Positions 41,265-49,498 of a stretch of 64,000 nt of DNA are shown piece after piece. Made by a program: the position numbers and the translations under genes. Below the pieces are notes generated by a model that was given only the letters and a program-made list of their open reading frames with translations, was not told the DNA's origin and ran no database searches. Position 1 is the first letter of the stretch. Each line of letters opens with the position of its first letter. This stretch comes from Desulfobacterales bacterium (lineage in GTDB: Bacteria; Desulfobacterota; Desulfobacteria; Desulfobacterales; UBA2174), in NCBI GenBank assembly GCA_963668645.2, contig CAXXWC010000001.1:320001-384000 (forward strand), written 5' to 3'.

Positions 41265-42605
41265 TTATCGACCACGGGGGTCGACAATTACCACATTGAA
41301 CCCTTTTTCTCTGAGGGCCCTGGCCACCCAGTTCGCATCCTTTTGAGTCTCGAACGCCCCGATGCACCCGTCCGGGTAGGTGGACAGGCCGATCCATGGG
41401 AATTTTTCCGGAAAAGCGGGCGATCCTTCGACTTGGACCAGGCTCCATGGACGGTGCACGAGGATCGCGTCTTTAAAACGCCCCTTTCTGATATGGCGAA
41501 GTGCCTCTTCGGCCTCTGAGTAGCTCAGGTAGCGGCCTAAATAGATGCGATACCAGGTACCACGCCCCGGGATTTGAGCCGGTGCACAAAAAGCTGGATC
41601 CCCTTTCGCTTTCAGATTGCCGACGAGCCTGATGGCCTTCTCCGGGGAGTTGAAGGATGCGATCTGAACGCTATACGGCGGCGGGGCAGGCACCGTCCGG
41701 CCAACGGCCGAACCGGCAGCCGAAGAAGCATCCGATGCGGGTGCGCTGCGAGGCGCACGCTTTTGCCCGTCGGCAGAGGACCGCTTCGCCGGGGCCACCG
41801 GCTCGGGTGCGACGCTTCCGGTCGGGGCCTGCGCCACAAGCGCCGGAGCGCCTTCAGGACTGCCAGATGCGCTTTTTTCAACCGGCTGGAGTTTGTGATA
41901 TGAGGGCTGGCGCCAGGCCTGGTTGCTTTCATAAAGGGCCAGGCGCTTTGCGTAAACCGCTTCTTCGGCCTGAGCCCCCTTGGCACGACTCATCTCGATG
42001 ACGCGTTTCTGAATTATCCGTGCGATGGCAAATTGACCCAGTTCCGCGTAGGCCGCCGCCAGAGAATCGAAGACCGCCATCTCCCGGCTCAACTCCGACG
42101 CCCGGCGGGCCAGCGCCAAAGCCCTCAAGCCGTCGCGCAATTCATCTTCGGGGCAAGTGGCAAAAAACCAGGCCAACTGGTTGAGCAGGACCGGATCTTC
42201 CGGGGTCAGGTCAAACGCTGCCTGCAAATCGCCCAGGGCGGCATCCCAACGCCCGGCACCTTGGTAGACCTTGGCGCGCAGCAGATAGGCGCTTGGATCT
42301 TCAGGGGTCAGCGCCACCAACCGATTGCAATCCTCCAGGCAGCGAGGATAGTCCTCCAGATGAAACAAAACCGTGGCCCGCTGGCGATACACCGTGGGGT
42401 GATCTGGAGCGGCGGCTGCGGCCCGATCAAAGGCCGCAACGGCCTCCTCGAAACGCCCCTGGGCCATCAGTTCGGTGCCCAGATGAAGGTCGTCCCCGCT
42501 TGACGCCGGCTTTCCATCGGTGGGCCAGATGGATAAAAAAATCACAAGGATAAAGCAGGTCGTCGTTCGTTTCAGAAACTCGGCATAGTGGTATTGGGGT
42601 CCCAC
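41265..42605 (-). CDS. Exported TPR-repeat protein with C-terminal SPOR domain(s)
   Basis: N-terminal hydrophobic segment, TPRs (NQLAWFFATCP..DSLAAAYAE), Ala/Pro linker, YSVQIASF..WYRIYLG. Confidence 0.8.
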   Translation of the reverse strand: MGPQYHYAEFLKRTTTCFILVIFLSIWPTDGKPASSGDDLHLGTELMAQGRFEEAVAAFDRAAAAAPDHPTVYRQRATVLFHLEDYPRCLEDCNRLVALTPEDPSAYLLRAKVYQGAGRWDAALGDLQAAFDLTPEDPVLLNQLAWFFATCPEDELRDGLRALALARRASELSREMAVFDSLAAAYAELGQFAIARIIQKRVIEMSRAKGAQAEEAVYAKRLALYESNQAWRQPSYHKLQPVEKSASGSPEGAPALVAQAPTGSVAPEPVAPAKRSSADGQKRAPRSAPASDASSAAGSAVGRTVPAPPPYSVQIASFNSPEKAIRLVGNLKAKGDPAFCAPAQIPGRGTWYRIYLGRYLSYSEAEEALRHIRKGRFKDAILVHRPWSLVQVEGSPAFPEKFPWIGLSTYPDGCIGAFETQKDANWVARALREKGFNVVIVDPRGR

Positions 42606-42771
42606 TGGGCGGCATCATCCTGGAAATCGGAAGGATTCACCCCGTATCCGGGGCGGGGTGCTTCTGCGTTCGGCAAGGGTGAAATTGTCCCCGCAACGGT
42701 CGGATCACATCGTTCTGGCCTTTTGAAAAACCGGCCAGCGGCATCCCGCAGGCATTGGCATGAAACCGCTG

Positions 42772-42859
42772 TGGTGCCCGGGACCGGGATCGAACCGGTA
42801 CGGTGCATTGCACCGAGAGATTTTAAGTCTCTTGCGTCTACCTGTTCCGCCACCCGGGC
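42772..42859 (-). tRNA. tRNA-Leu(TAA)
   Basis: GCCCGGGTGGCGGAACAGGTAGACGC AAGAGA CTTAAAA TCTCT, long variable arm, GGTTCGATCCC, ACCA end. Confidence 0.95.
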
Positions 42860-43359
42860 AGCGTGTCATGTTTTCTTATCTGCGTGTCAGTGCTAAAAAT
42901 TTTATATTAGGCCCTGCAAATTTTCAACGGATGATTCCGTCGTTCATTCAAATCAGGCAATTCCTATATCCCAACCGGCCTTAAATTTGAACAAAAATCA
43001 ACGCGCCAGGTGCATCAGGATCTTTGCACAAACCGCCACATCCTTTCGCCGGTCCGAAACGCCGCCGTGTTCAGTCTCCAAGAGAACAGCACCGTGGCCG
43101 GAATCACGCCGATCACGCCCGAAAACCTGCCAGCCGCCAGGTTCTTTGCGACCTGACGCCACCATTTTGGTTTCATCAAGATTTGGAGACCGGACGCTCA
43201 TTTTTTTCTCTGCCCTGCCCGAGATGTTCACCTTGTTTGCGACCGGAGCCGGAATCTGAGGCACTTGTTTCGCGAGGGATCTGACTATATGTTGAAAATT
43301 ACGGTTACCGGTGACCGGAACCTGAAAGCTGTGGTTTTCTCGGCCCAAGGGAGGTGCGC

Positions 43360-44067
43360 ATGAATCAGATTAAAAGTTTGTTCTTCGATGTTGGCGGAAC
43401 GGTCTTCGACTGGAAAAACACGGCCCGCGAGCAGATCGGCCTGCTGGTCGCACAAAAGGGGGAGACCATCGACGCCGGGGCGTTCGCCGACGACTGGCGC
43501 CGGGAGATGTTCAAAATCCACAACCAGGTGCGCCAGGGCAACCTGCCCTGGATCAACTCGGATGCCATGCACCTGCGGGCCCTCGACCACCTGTCCGGCA
43601 CCTACCCGTTGCTGGCCGCCGTGGATCGTGCGGCACTCGTCCGTTCGACCTGGCATCGCCTCAAGGCCTTCGACGGCGCTGAGGCTGCCATCGAACGGCT
43701 GCGCAGCCGGTACATCGTGGTCGTGCTCACCATTTTAAGCTGGGAAAGCATCGTCGCCAGCTCGAAGGCGGCCGGTGTCCAGTGGGACGGCATTTTATCC
43801 TGTGAGTTCCTCGGCTACTACAAGCCTTCGCTGCAGGCCTACCTCAAGGCGGTGGACCTGCTGGGGCTCAAGGCCCGGGAGGCCATGATGGTCGCCGCCC
43901 ATGAGGGTGACTTGGCCGCGGCCCGGGCTGCGGGGCTTCACACGGCTCTGGTCGCCGTTCCTGAAACGGATCAAGTCAGCGCCGGATTCGACGTCGCCGA
44001 GGACGCGGCCGATTTCGATATCGAGGCCCCGGATTTCGAATCCCTCTGCCGCCAGCTCGGGGTTTGA
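43360..44067 (+). CDS. HAD-superfamily hydrolase (haloacid dehalogenase type II-like)
   Basis: FFDVGGTVFDW, YKP, MVAAHEGDL. Confidence 0.88.
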   Translation: MNQIKSLFFDVGGTVFDWKNTAREQIGLLVAQKGETIDAGAFADDWRREMFKIHNQVRQGNLPWINSDAMHLRALDHLSGTYPLLAAVDRAALVRSTWHRLKAFDGAEAAIERLRSRYIVVVLTILSWESIVASSKAAGVQWDGILSCEFLGYYKPSLQAYLKAVDLLGLKAREAMMVAAHEGDLAAARAAGLHTALVAVPETDQVSAGFDVAEDAADFDIEAPDFESLCRQLGV

Positions 44068-44145
44068 CGATGAGCACGGCTCAGCCGGGTCCCTGGCGTG
44101 CCCGCCATCTTCTAAAGGGGCCCAGGATCTCTTCCAGGACCGGGA

Positions 44146-44538
44146 TCAGAGGTCGATTTCCCCTTTTTTAAGCATCTGGACAAACGGCAAATCGGCAGGC
44201 GCAAACGCATAGCCATCCAGTTCATCGGGCAGGACCCAGCGCATCTCTGCATGGTCTTTGAGCACCAGCCTTGCCGAAAGCAGCTCAACCCTGAAGGCCG
44301 TCAACTCGATGGTGCCGAAATCGTAGCGATGGATGTTGGTGCCAATTTTTGCACCGACCCGGACATCGGCCTCAAATTCCTCCCCAAGCTCCCGGCGCAG
44401 GCACTGGCGCGGGGTCTCACCGGGCTCGATTTTGCCGCCGGGAAACTCCCAGAGACCGGCGAGCCGCGCGGTCGATTTGCGCTTGGCAATGAAAATCTTG
44501 CCCCCATCGCTGATGATGGCTGCGGTGACTCGGACCAT
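44146..44538 (-). CDS. NUDIX hydrolase (MutT/NudG-like)
   Basis: WEFPGGKIEPGETPRQCLRRELGEE Nudix box. Confidence 0.92.
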   Translation of the reverse strand: MVRVTAAIISDGGKIFIAKRKSTARLAGLWEFPGGKIEPGETPRQCLRRELGEEFEADVRVGAKIGTNIHRYDFGTIELTAFRVELLSARLVLKDHAEMRWVLPDELDGYAFAPADLPFVQMLKKGEIDL

Positions 44539-45005
44539 AAGCTGTCACGTCTCCTTCATGCCGGCCCTGTTTGTCCGCGCCGGACCGGGGTGGTGTTCCA
44601 ACGCCTTTTATTCACGATGGGTGATAGTGCCTGCCAGGGTGCCGGGCGAAGCCGCCTTGCAGGTTCCTTCCAAGGGGCAGGCAACCAGAATGAGGTACCG
44701 GAACACCGGGCAACCCCCAATGATGGCGGCCATGTCCTTGTCCTGTCGAGATCCTGCGGTCGGTGTCTATGGAGGTGGTTGGGAAGCCTGTGGGATCCAA
44801 CACATCGAAACCGGCCATCGGGTGATGCTCCTGGTAAAAGGCATGGTTCGTGCGTTTCACCTGCAGACCCCATTGCCTGCGACAAACTGAGGCGCTTTGG
44901 GCGCACGCTTAAACTACTTGGCGCACGCTTGTCAATGGAGATGAAATCCGGCGACTGCCGCCTGCAAGTCTTGGGTCCGGTCGGCGGAACCGGCCCACCC
45001 TTTTC

Positions 45006-45470
45006 CTACTTTCGAGCAAAAGGCCCGTCAGGGATGTAGCCGAGCATCTTTTCCACCAGCGGCTTGATCAGGGATTCGCTGGCGGTCGGTTTGTCAATTT
45101 CCACGTCCACCTTGCTGCCATGGTATTTGAAGTTCACCCTCAACTGAAGGATGACCAGGGCGGCCGCGATGAGGCCGATGGTGGCCCCGGCGTCGAAGGA
45201 TCGCGTTTGCGGGTCTTCCATGTAAACGACTATCCGCTGGGCAGCCCCGGGCGATTCGGCCGCCAGTGCCAGCGCCATCCTGGCGATGTCGCCTTCCGAG
45301 GCCGGGGTCCTTTCCGGCTCGGCCCCCAAGGCTTCCTTGAGTGCCTCTTTGATCTCCGGGCGCCACGCGGTTTCATAGCCATCCATGTTGGCCAGGGCCG
45401 CTGAAAGCTGCTTGAGAAGGCCCAAGGCCTGCCGGTCGCTCAGTTGTTCGATCCTGACCTTGAGGTCCAC
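45006..45470 (-). CDS. Small hypothetical protein with one hydrophobic helix, partner of the CHAT-NB-ARC-TPR gene
   Basis: GTG start 5 nt after the upstream stop, GGAG RBS overlapping that stop; hydrophobic stretch ATIGLIAAALVILQL. Confidence 0.75.
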   Translation of the reverse strand: MDLKVRIEQLSDRQALGLLKQLSAALANMDGYETAWRPEIKEALKEALGAEPERTPASEGDIARMALALAAESPGAAQRIVVYMEDPQTRSFDAGATIGLIAAALVILQLRVNFKYHGSKVDVEIDKPTASESLIKPLVEKMLGYIPDGPFARK

Positions 45471-45475
45471 TGTAC

Positions 45476-48400
45476 TTACTCCCGATTCTGGTCAGATAGC
45501 TGTTTTTCGATTGTCGCTCTTGCCTTGTCCCATTCGCCGAGGCCGGCCCTGTTAAACAGCCCGGCAAGCTCTTGGCCAACCTCTTTGGGGGCCGCCTTCC
45601 ATGTTCGGTAGAAGCCTAATACCGCCGTTTGCGCGCTATGAGAATCAATTGTTTTCGTAAAAAGGGCTATGGCCTTGATGGAGTAATCACCTGATACGAG
45701 CCAACGCCCCTGGTGTCGGAAAATCAAGCCGAGTTGGTGATAAGTGATCGCGGCGCCGTGCTCGTTGCCTTGCTTTTCTTCAATCTCGAGGGATTTTCGA
45801 TACCATTTTTCAGCGGCGTCCAAATCGCGCCGCTCTTGGGCGATGCTCCCGAGTTGGTGATAAGTGCTCGCGGCGCCGTGCTCGTTGCCTTGCTTTTCAG
45901 ATATCTCGAGGGATTTTCGATACCATTTTTCAGCGGCGTCCAAATCGCGCCGCTCTTCAGCGATTCTCCCGAGTTGGTGATAAGTGCTCGCGGCGCCGTG
46001 CTCGTTGCCTTGCTTTTCAGATATCTCGAGGGATTTTCGATACCATTTTTCAGCGGCGTCCAAATCGCGCCGCTCTTGGGCGATTCTCCCGAGTTGGTGA
46101 TAAGTGCTCGCGGCGCCGTGCTCGTTGCCTTGCTTTTCCTTGATCTCGAGGGATTTTCGATACCATTTTTCAGCGGCGTCCAAATCGCGCCGCTCTTCAG
46201 CGATGCTCCCGAGTTGGTGATACGTGATCGCGGCGCCGTGCTCGTTGCCTTGCTTTTCCTTGATCTCGAGGGATTTTCGATACCATTTTTCAGCGGCGTC
46301 CAAATCGCGCCGCTCTTCAGCGATGCTCCCGAGTTGGTGAAAGGCGCCGGCCCTCGCTTCGTCGTTTTTCGTTGCGAAGGGTGTCTCGGACAACCTCTCG
46401 AACAGAATATGAGCCGGGTCGTAGTTGTGGGTATTCTGGGCATAGGCGGCCAGGGCCTGCAGCAGATGGAATTCCTCCTCGTGCATCTCCGAACGCGCCG
46501 CCATCTCCAGTGCACGGGAAAAATTGGCGCCGTTAAGAAAGAACACCGTACGCTGCTCGTGGGCCTCCTTCGCCGCATATTCGCCGGCCAAATGGGCCAT
46601 CACCGTTACGAAGGCCCTTTGCCAATCATCGGCGCCTTTGGGCGCTGCCGCCTGCCGGGCGCGAAGATACGTCCCCAGGGCCGGGTGCATCTCGTACACG
46701 CCCCATTCGGCGAATCGCAGCCGCAACAATCCCATACCGGACAGCGCCCGGCAGAACGACTCGATCCGGCCCCTGTCCCACGGCTGTTCGGCGGCCTTGG
46801 TGATGCTCTCCAGATAATCGATATCCACGAACCGCTCGTGGCAGGCCAGCGGGACGAGCAGGGGCCGCAGGTCGGCGGCCAGCATCTCCTCGGCCATGCG
46901 CAAGGTGGCGAAGAACCGCTCGGCTCCCCGGTCGTTCACCGCCCCAAGGCCGGCGAGACTCGAATCGTAGAGCTTGAGCAACGCCCCCGGGGTCCGGTCC
47001 TCGATCATCGGCAGCACCACCTGCATGGCCAGCGGATGGCCCCCGAGCCGGTCCACCAGATCCGACAACGCCTTGTCGGCGCGGTCCACGCTCAATCCCA
47101 GGTCGGTGATCACCCGGTCGAGAAACTCCCAGCGTTCCTCGCCGTCCAGGCCCCCCACGTCCACCTTGACCCGGTTCTCCCGGCCCAGCCAGCTCTCGTT
47201 GCTGCGGCTGGTGATGATCACCTTGGTCCGCGAACCTTTGATCCCTTCCACGAATCGGCGCAGCAGCGAAAACTGTCCCTCGGCGAGGCTGGCCTTGATC
47301 CCTGTCCCCTCGATCCCCGCAGCCAGCTCGAAGTTGTCCCAGACGATCACGAAGGGATGCTCCCGGAACACCCGCACGAGCAGGTCCACCTTGGCCTCCG
47401 CGTTCAGCATTAAAAACCGATCGCCGAGCATGGCTCCCATCCGGTTGAGCATGTGATCGGCCGTGCGGATGTCCTCGCTAAAACGGATCCAGATGCACCC
47501 CATGCCGAGGCCCTCGGTGTCGTGCAGCCACTTGACGAAACCCTGGGCCAGGGTGGTCTTACCCACGCCGCCCAGCCCGTGGATCAGAATCCCACCGGGC
47601 CGGCGCCGCATGGCCCGTTCCAGGTCCAGCAGCAGACCGTCGCGGCCGATGAACCCGTAAGGCCCCTGCTCGCGCGCTTCCTCGGGTAGCTGAATCCGTT
47701 TTTCATCCTCCGCCTTTGCGGTGCCGTGCTCGCCCAGAAAATCGAAATCGAACGGCTCCTGCTGGTAGGCCACCGGCACCAGCCAGTCCTGCAACGGGTA
47801 CGGCCCCCGTCGCGAGACGCGCTCGGGCCGTGCGTACATCTGCTGCCGGCCCCGGCGGACCGCCTCGGTCGCCTTGCCCGTGGCGAATAGCTGCCGGTAA
47901 AACTCCGGCAAAAACTGCTGCGCCCCGCTCACATAAAGCGAGTAGGCCATCGCCACCACGTTGCGGATGCCCGCCCGCAGCAGGCTCGCGGCCACCGACG
48001 CGAACGGGTCCTGGGCGGCCGCGTCCACCATGGCGCTCTGGCAGGCGTTGAGCACCACCGTGGGCACCGCGTGCTCGCGCAAAAGATCGCTGAGCTTCTG
48101 GGCCTCGATCGGATCGGGCTTGCCGTCCTCATCCTCGAACACCAGGTGTCCCTGGGGTGAGGCCTGGAGCGCGTGCGGGCTGACCGTCACCTCCGGCCCG
48201 CCGCCATCCCGCCGCACCCCGTACGCCCCGTGCCCGTCGAAATGCAGGATATGGTAGTACCCCGGCCTTTCCTGAAGATGCTCCCGCAGCCGCGCCAGGG
48301 TCGGCGGCCGCAGCAGGTGGACCCGGGCCGGAAGGTCCCTTTCCCCGATCAGCTCCACCAGCCGCCGCGATATGGATCGAAAACGCACGTCCCCTTCGTA

Positions 48401-48919
48401 CGGCCGCGCCGTCACCAGCAGGATGTTCACCCGGTCGTGCGGCAGACCCACCGGCACCGCCACCGGGTCCGGCGCAGCGTCGATACGCCGCTCCACACGG
48501 CAGGCATGGCCCAGCTTGCACCCGGCCGTGGGATCGGACAGCGCCTCCCACGGCCAGGCCAGCACCGCCGGATCGTTGCTGCGCACCTGCACCGTCAGTT
48601 CCCGGTGGCCCGCGCCGGTGGCGCCGTCGAAAAACGCCCCGCACTCGCGGTTGTCGAACAGCGCGTTGAACGCCGCCCCGCCCCAGGCCGCGAGCGCGTC
48701 AAGCACCCGTTCGGCCGTGTACGTGTCCGGATCGAAGGGATAGTCCAGGAACTTCTCCAGGTACCAGCCGAGATCTTGCATCAGGTCGCTGCCCGGGCGC
48801 CCCTCCACCGGGTAGCCGTAGGGCGAGGGAACCTCGAACGGACCCAGCGTGCGGCCGTCGGGCATGCGGGTGACGTTGAACTTCGTGCCGTCCAAATGGC
48901 GGATCGTCAGTGCCGGCAT
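45476..48919 (-). CDS. CHAT (caspase-like protease)-NB-ARC STAND NTPase-TPR protein
   Basis: Start ATG 48919 behind GGAGG; catalytic HFDGHG and LNACQS; Walker A GLGGVGKTT, Walker B IVWDNFE, ITSR, GHPLA, MHP; C-terminal TPRs. Confidence 0.9.
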   Translation of the reverse strand: MPALTIRHLDGTKFNVTRMPDGRTLGPFEVPSPYGYPVEGRPGSDLMQDLGWYLEKFLDYPFDPDTYTAERVLDALAAWGGAAFNALFDNRECGAFFDGATGAGHRELTVQVRSNDPAVLAWPWEALSDPTAGCKLGHACRVERRIDAAPDPVAVPVGLPHDRVNILLVTARPYEGDVRFRSISRRLVELIGERDLPARVHLLRPPTLARLREHLQERPGYYHILHFDGHGAYGVRRDGGGPEVTVSPHALQASPQGHLVFEDEDGKPDPIEAQKLSDLLREHAVPTVVLNACQSAMVDAAAQDPFASVAASLLRAGIRNVVAMAYSLYVSGAQQFLPEFYRQLFATGKATEAVRRGRQQMYARPERVSRRGPYPLQDWLVPVAYQQEPFDFDFLGEHGTAKAEDEKRIQLPEEAREQGPYGFIGRDGLLLDLERAMRRRPGGILIHGLGGVGKTTLAQGFVKWLHDTEGLGMGCIWIRFSEDIRTADHMLNRMGAMLGDRFLMLNAEAKVDLLVRVFREHPFVIVWDNFELAAGIEGTGIKASLAEGQFSLLRRFVEGIKGSRTKVIITSRSNESWLGRENRVKVDVGGLDGEERWEFLDRVITDLGLSVDRADKALSDLVDRLGGHPLAMQVVLPMIEDRTPGALLKLYDSSLAGLGAVNDRGAERFFATLRMAEEMLAADLRPLLVPLACHERFVDIDYLESITKAAEQPWDRGRIESFCRALSGMGLLRLRFAEWGVYEMHPALGTYLRARQAAAPKGADDWQRAFVTVMAHLAGEYAAKEAHEQRTVFFLNGANFSRALEMAARSEMHEEEFHLLQALAAYAQNTHNYDPAHILFERLSETPFATKNDEARAGAFHQLGSIAEERRDLDAAEKWYRKSLEIKEKQGNEHGAAITYHQLGSIAEERRDLDAAEKWYRKSLEIKEKQGNEHGAASTYHQLGRIAQERRDLDAAEKWYRKSLEISEKQGNEHGAASTYHQLGRIAEERRDLDAAEKWYRKSLEISEKQGNEHGAASTYHQLGSIAQERRDLDAAEKWYRKSLEIEEKQGNEHGAAITYHQLGLIFRHQGRWLVSGDYSIKAIALFTKTIDSHSAQTAVLGFYRTWKAAPKEVGQELAGLFNRAGLGEWDKARATIEKQLSDQNRE
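45731..46340 (-). repeat. Five near-identical 120-bp tandem repeats encoding 40-aa TPR units
   Basis: GAGTTGGTGA recurs at 45731, 45851, 45971, 46091, 46211 and 46331. Confidence 0.97.
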
Positions 48920-48988
48920 CAAGCCCTCCAATCTTCGCTTGTTGATTCGAGAGGCGACTATGTTCGGAAATTTCAAGCAGGAAAGAAT

Positions 48989-49017
48989 TTATTAAAGGCT
49001 GTAGCCAGGACTGTCAA
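48989..49017 (-). promoter_or_regulatory. Putative sigma70 promoter of the CHAT-STAND cassette
   Basis: TTGACA (49012-49017, minus strand) with a TTTAAT/TAATAA -10-like element 15-17 nt downstream. Confidence 0.5.
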
Positions 49018-49243
49018 ACGATTTATCCATTCCTCAAAAACCCATCACCGGCTGGCTGATCGGATCTACCCTGTCATCGTACTTTCCCCACTCGCTTCAA
49101 GTTTTCGCACGCCGGGTCGAGAGGCTTCCACCACTCCTGTATCTGCCACTGACCCGCCAAGGGACCATTCCCCCCGGATGGACTTACCTCGTTTTCCTGG
49201 CTGCATGTTGGGGATAAAGTTGGGTACGCGTTTTTTTGACACG

Positions 49244-49278
49244 AAAAAAAGGGGCTACGATTTTCATCGTAGCCCCTT
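49244..49278 (-). terminator. Intrinsic terminator downstream of the displaced tRNA-Cys 3' fragment
   Basis: AAGGGGCTACGA-TGAAAA-TCGTAGCCCCTTTTTTT on the minus strand. Confidence 0.8.
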
Positions 49279-49287
49279 GATTTTGCT

Positions 49288-49336
49288 TGGAGGCGGCATC
49301 CGGATTTGAACCGGAGAATAACGGCTTTGCAGGCCG
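49288..49336 (-). repeat. att site: duplicated 3' part of tRNA-Cys (49-bp direct repeat with 60691-60739)
   Basis: TGGAGGCGGCATCCGGATTTGAACCGGAGAATAACGGCTTTGCAGGCCG is identical at both loci. Confidence 0.95.
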
Positions 49337-49452
49337 TTTCTTTTTATTACTACTCAATTCCTGCTTTTTACCTTAAGCCTATTTTTTTAAGTAATTACAG
49401 CTTGACATGATTAACCTTGACAGACTTCATTTTACCTCTAATATGGTTCCAG

Positions 49453-49475
49453 GTGTGGGGACCTGTGTGGGGACC
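49453..49475. repeat. Putative integrase arm-type sites, GTGTGGGGACC x2 with 12-bp period
   Basis: Matching pair GTGTGGGGAAT/GCGTGGGGACC at the other end (60608-60630). Confidence 0.65.
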
Positions 49476-49498
49476 TTGAAATTAAGGGGGATCGGTCA

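Noticed and set aside
43302..43317. Near-palindrome CGGTTACCGGTGACCG upstream of the HAD gene
   Set aside because: Could be a LacI-type operator, but it is a single imperfect site with no cognate regulator nearby
45731..46340. 120-bp repeats as a CRISPR array or a DGR template/variable repeat
   Set aside because: Units are contiguous, in frame (40 aa) and have no unique spacers; there is no cas or reverse transcriptase gene in the window
45713..47413. 566-aa plus-strand ORF with repeats
   Set aside because: Antisense shadow of the TPR/NB-ARC gene, with no independent motifs
49288..49336. Second tRNA-Cys gene
   Set aside because: Only the 3' part is present; the 5' acceptor strand and D arm are missing, so this is an att remnant
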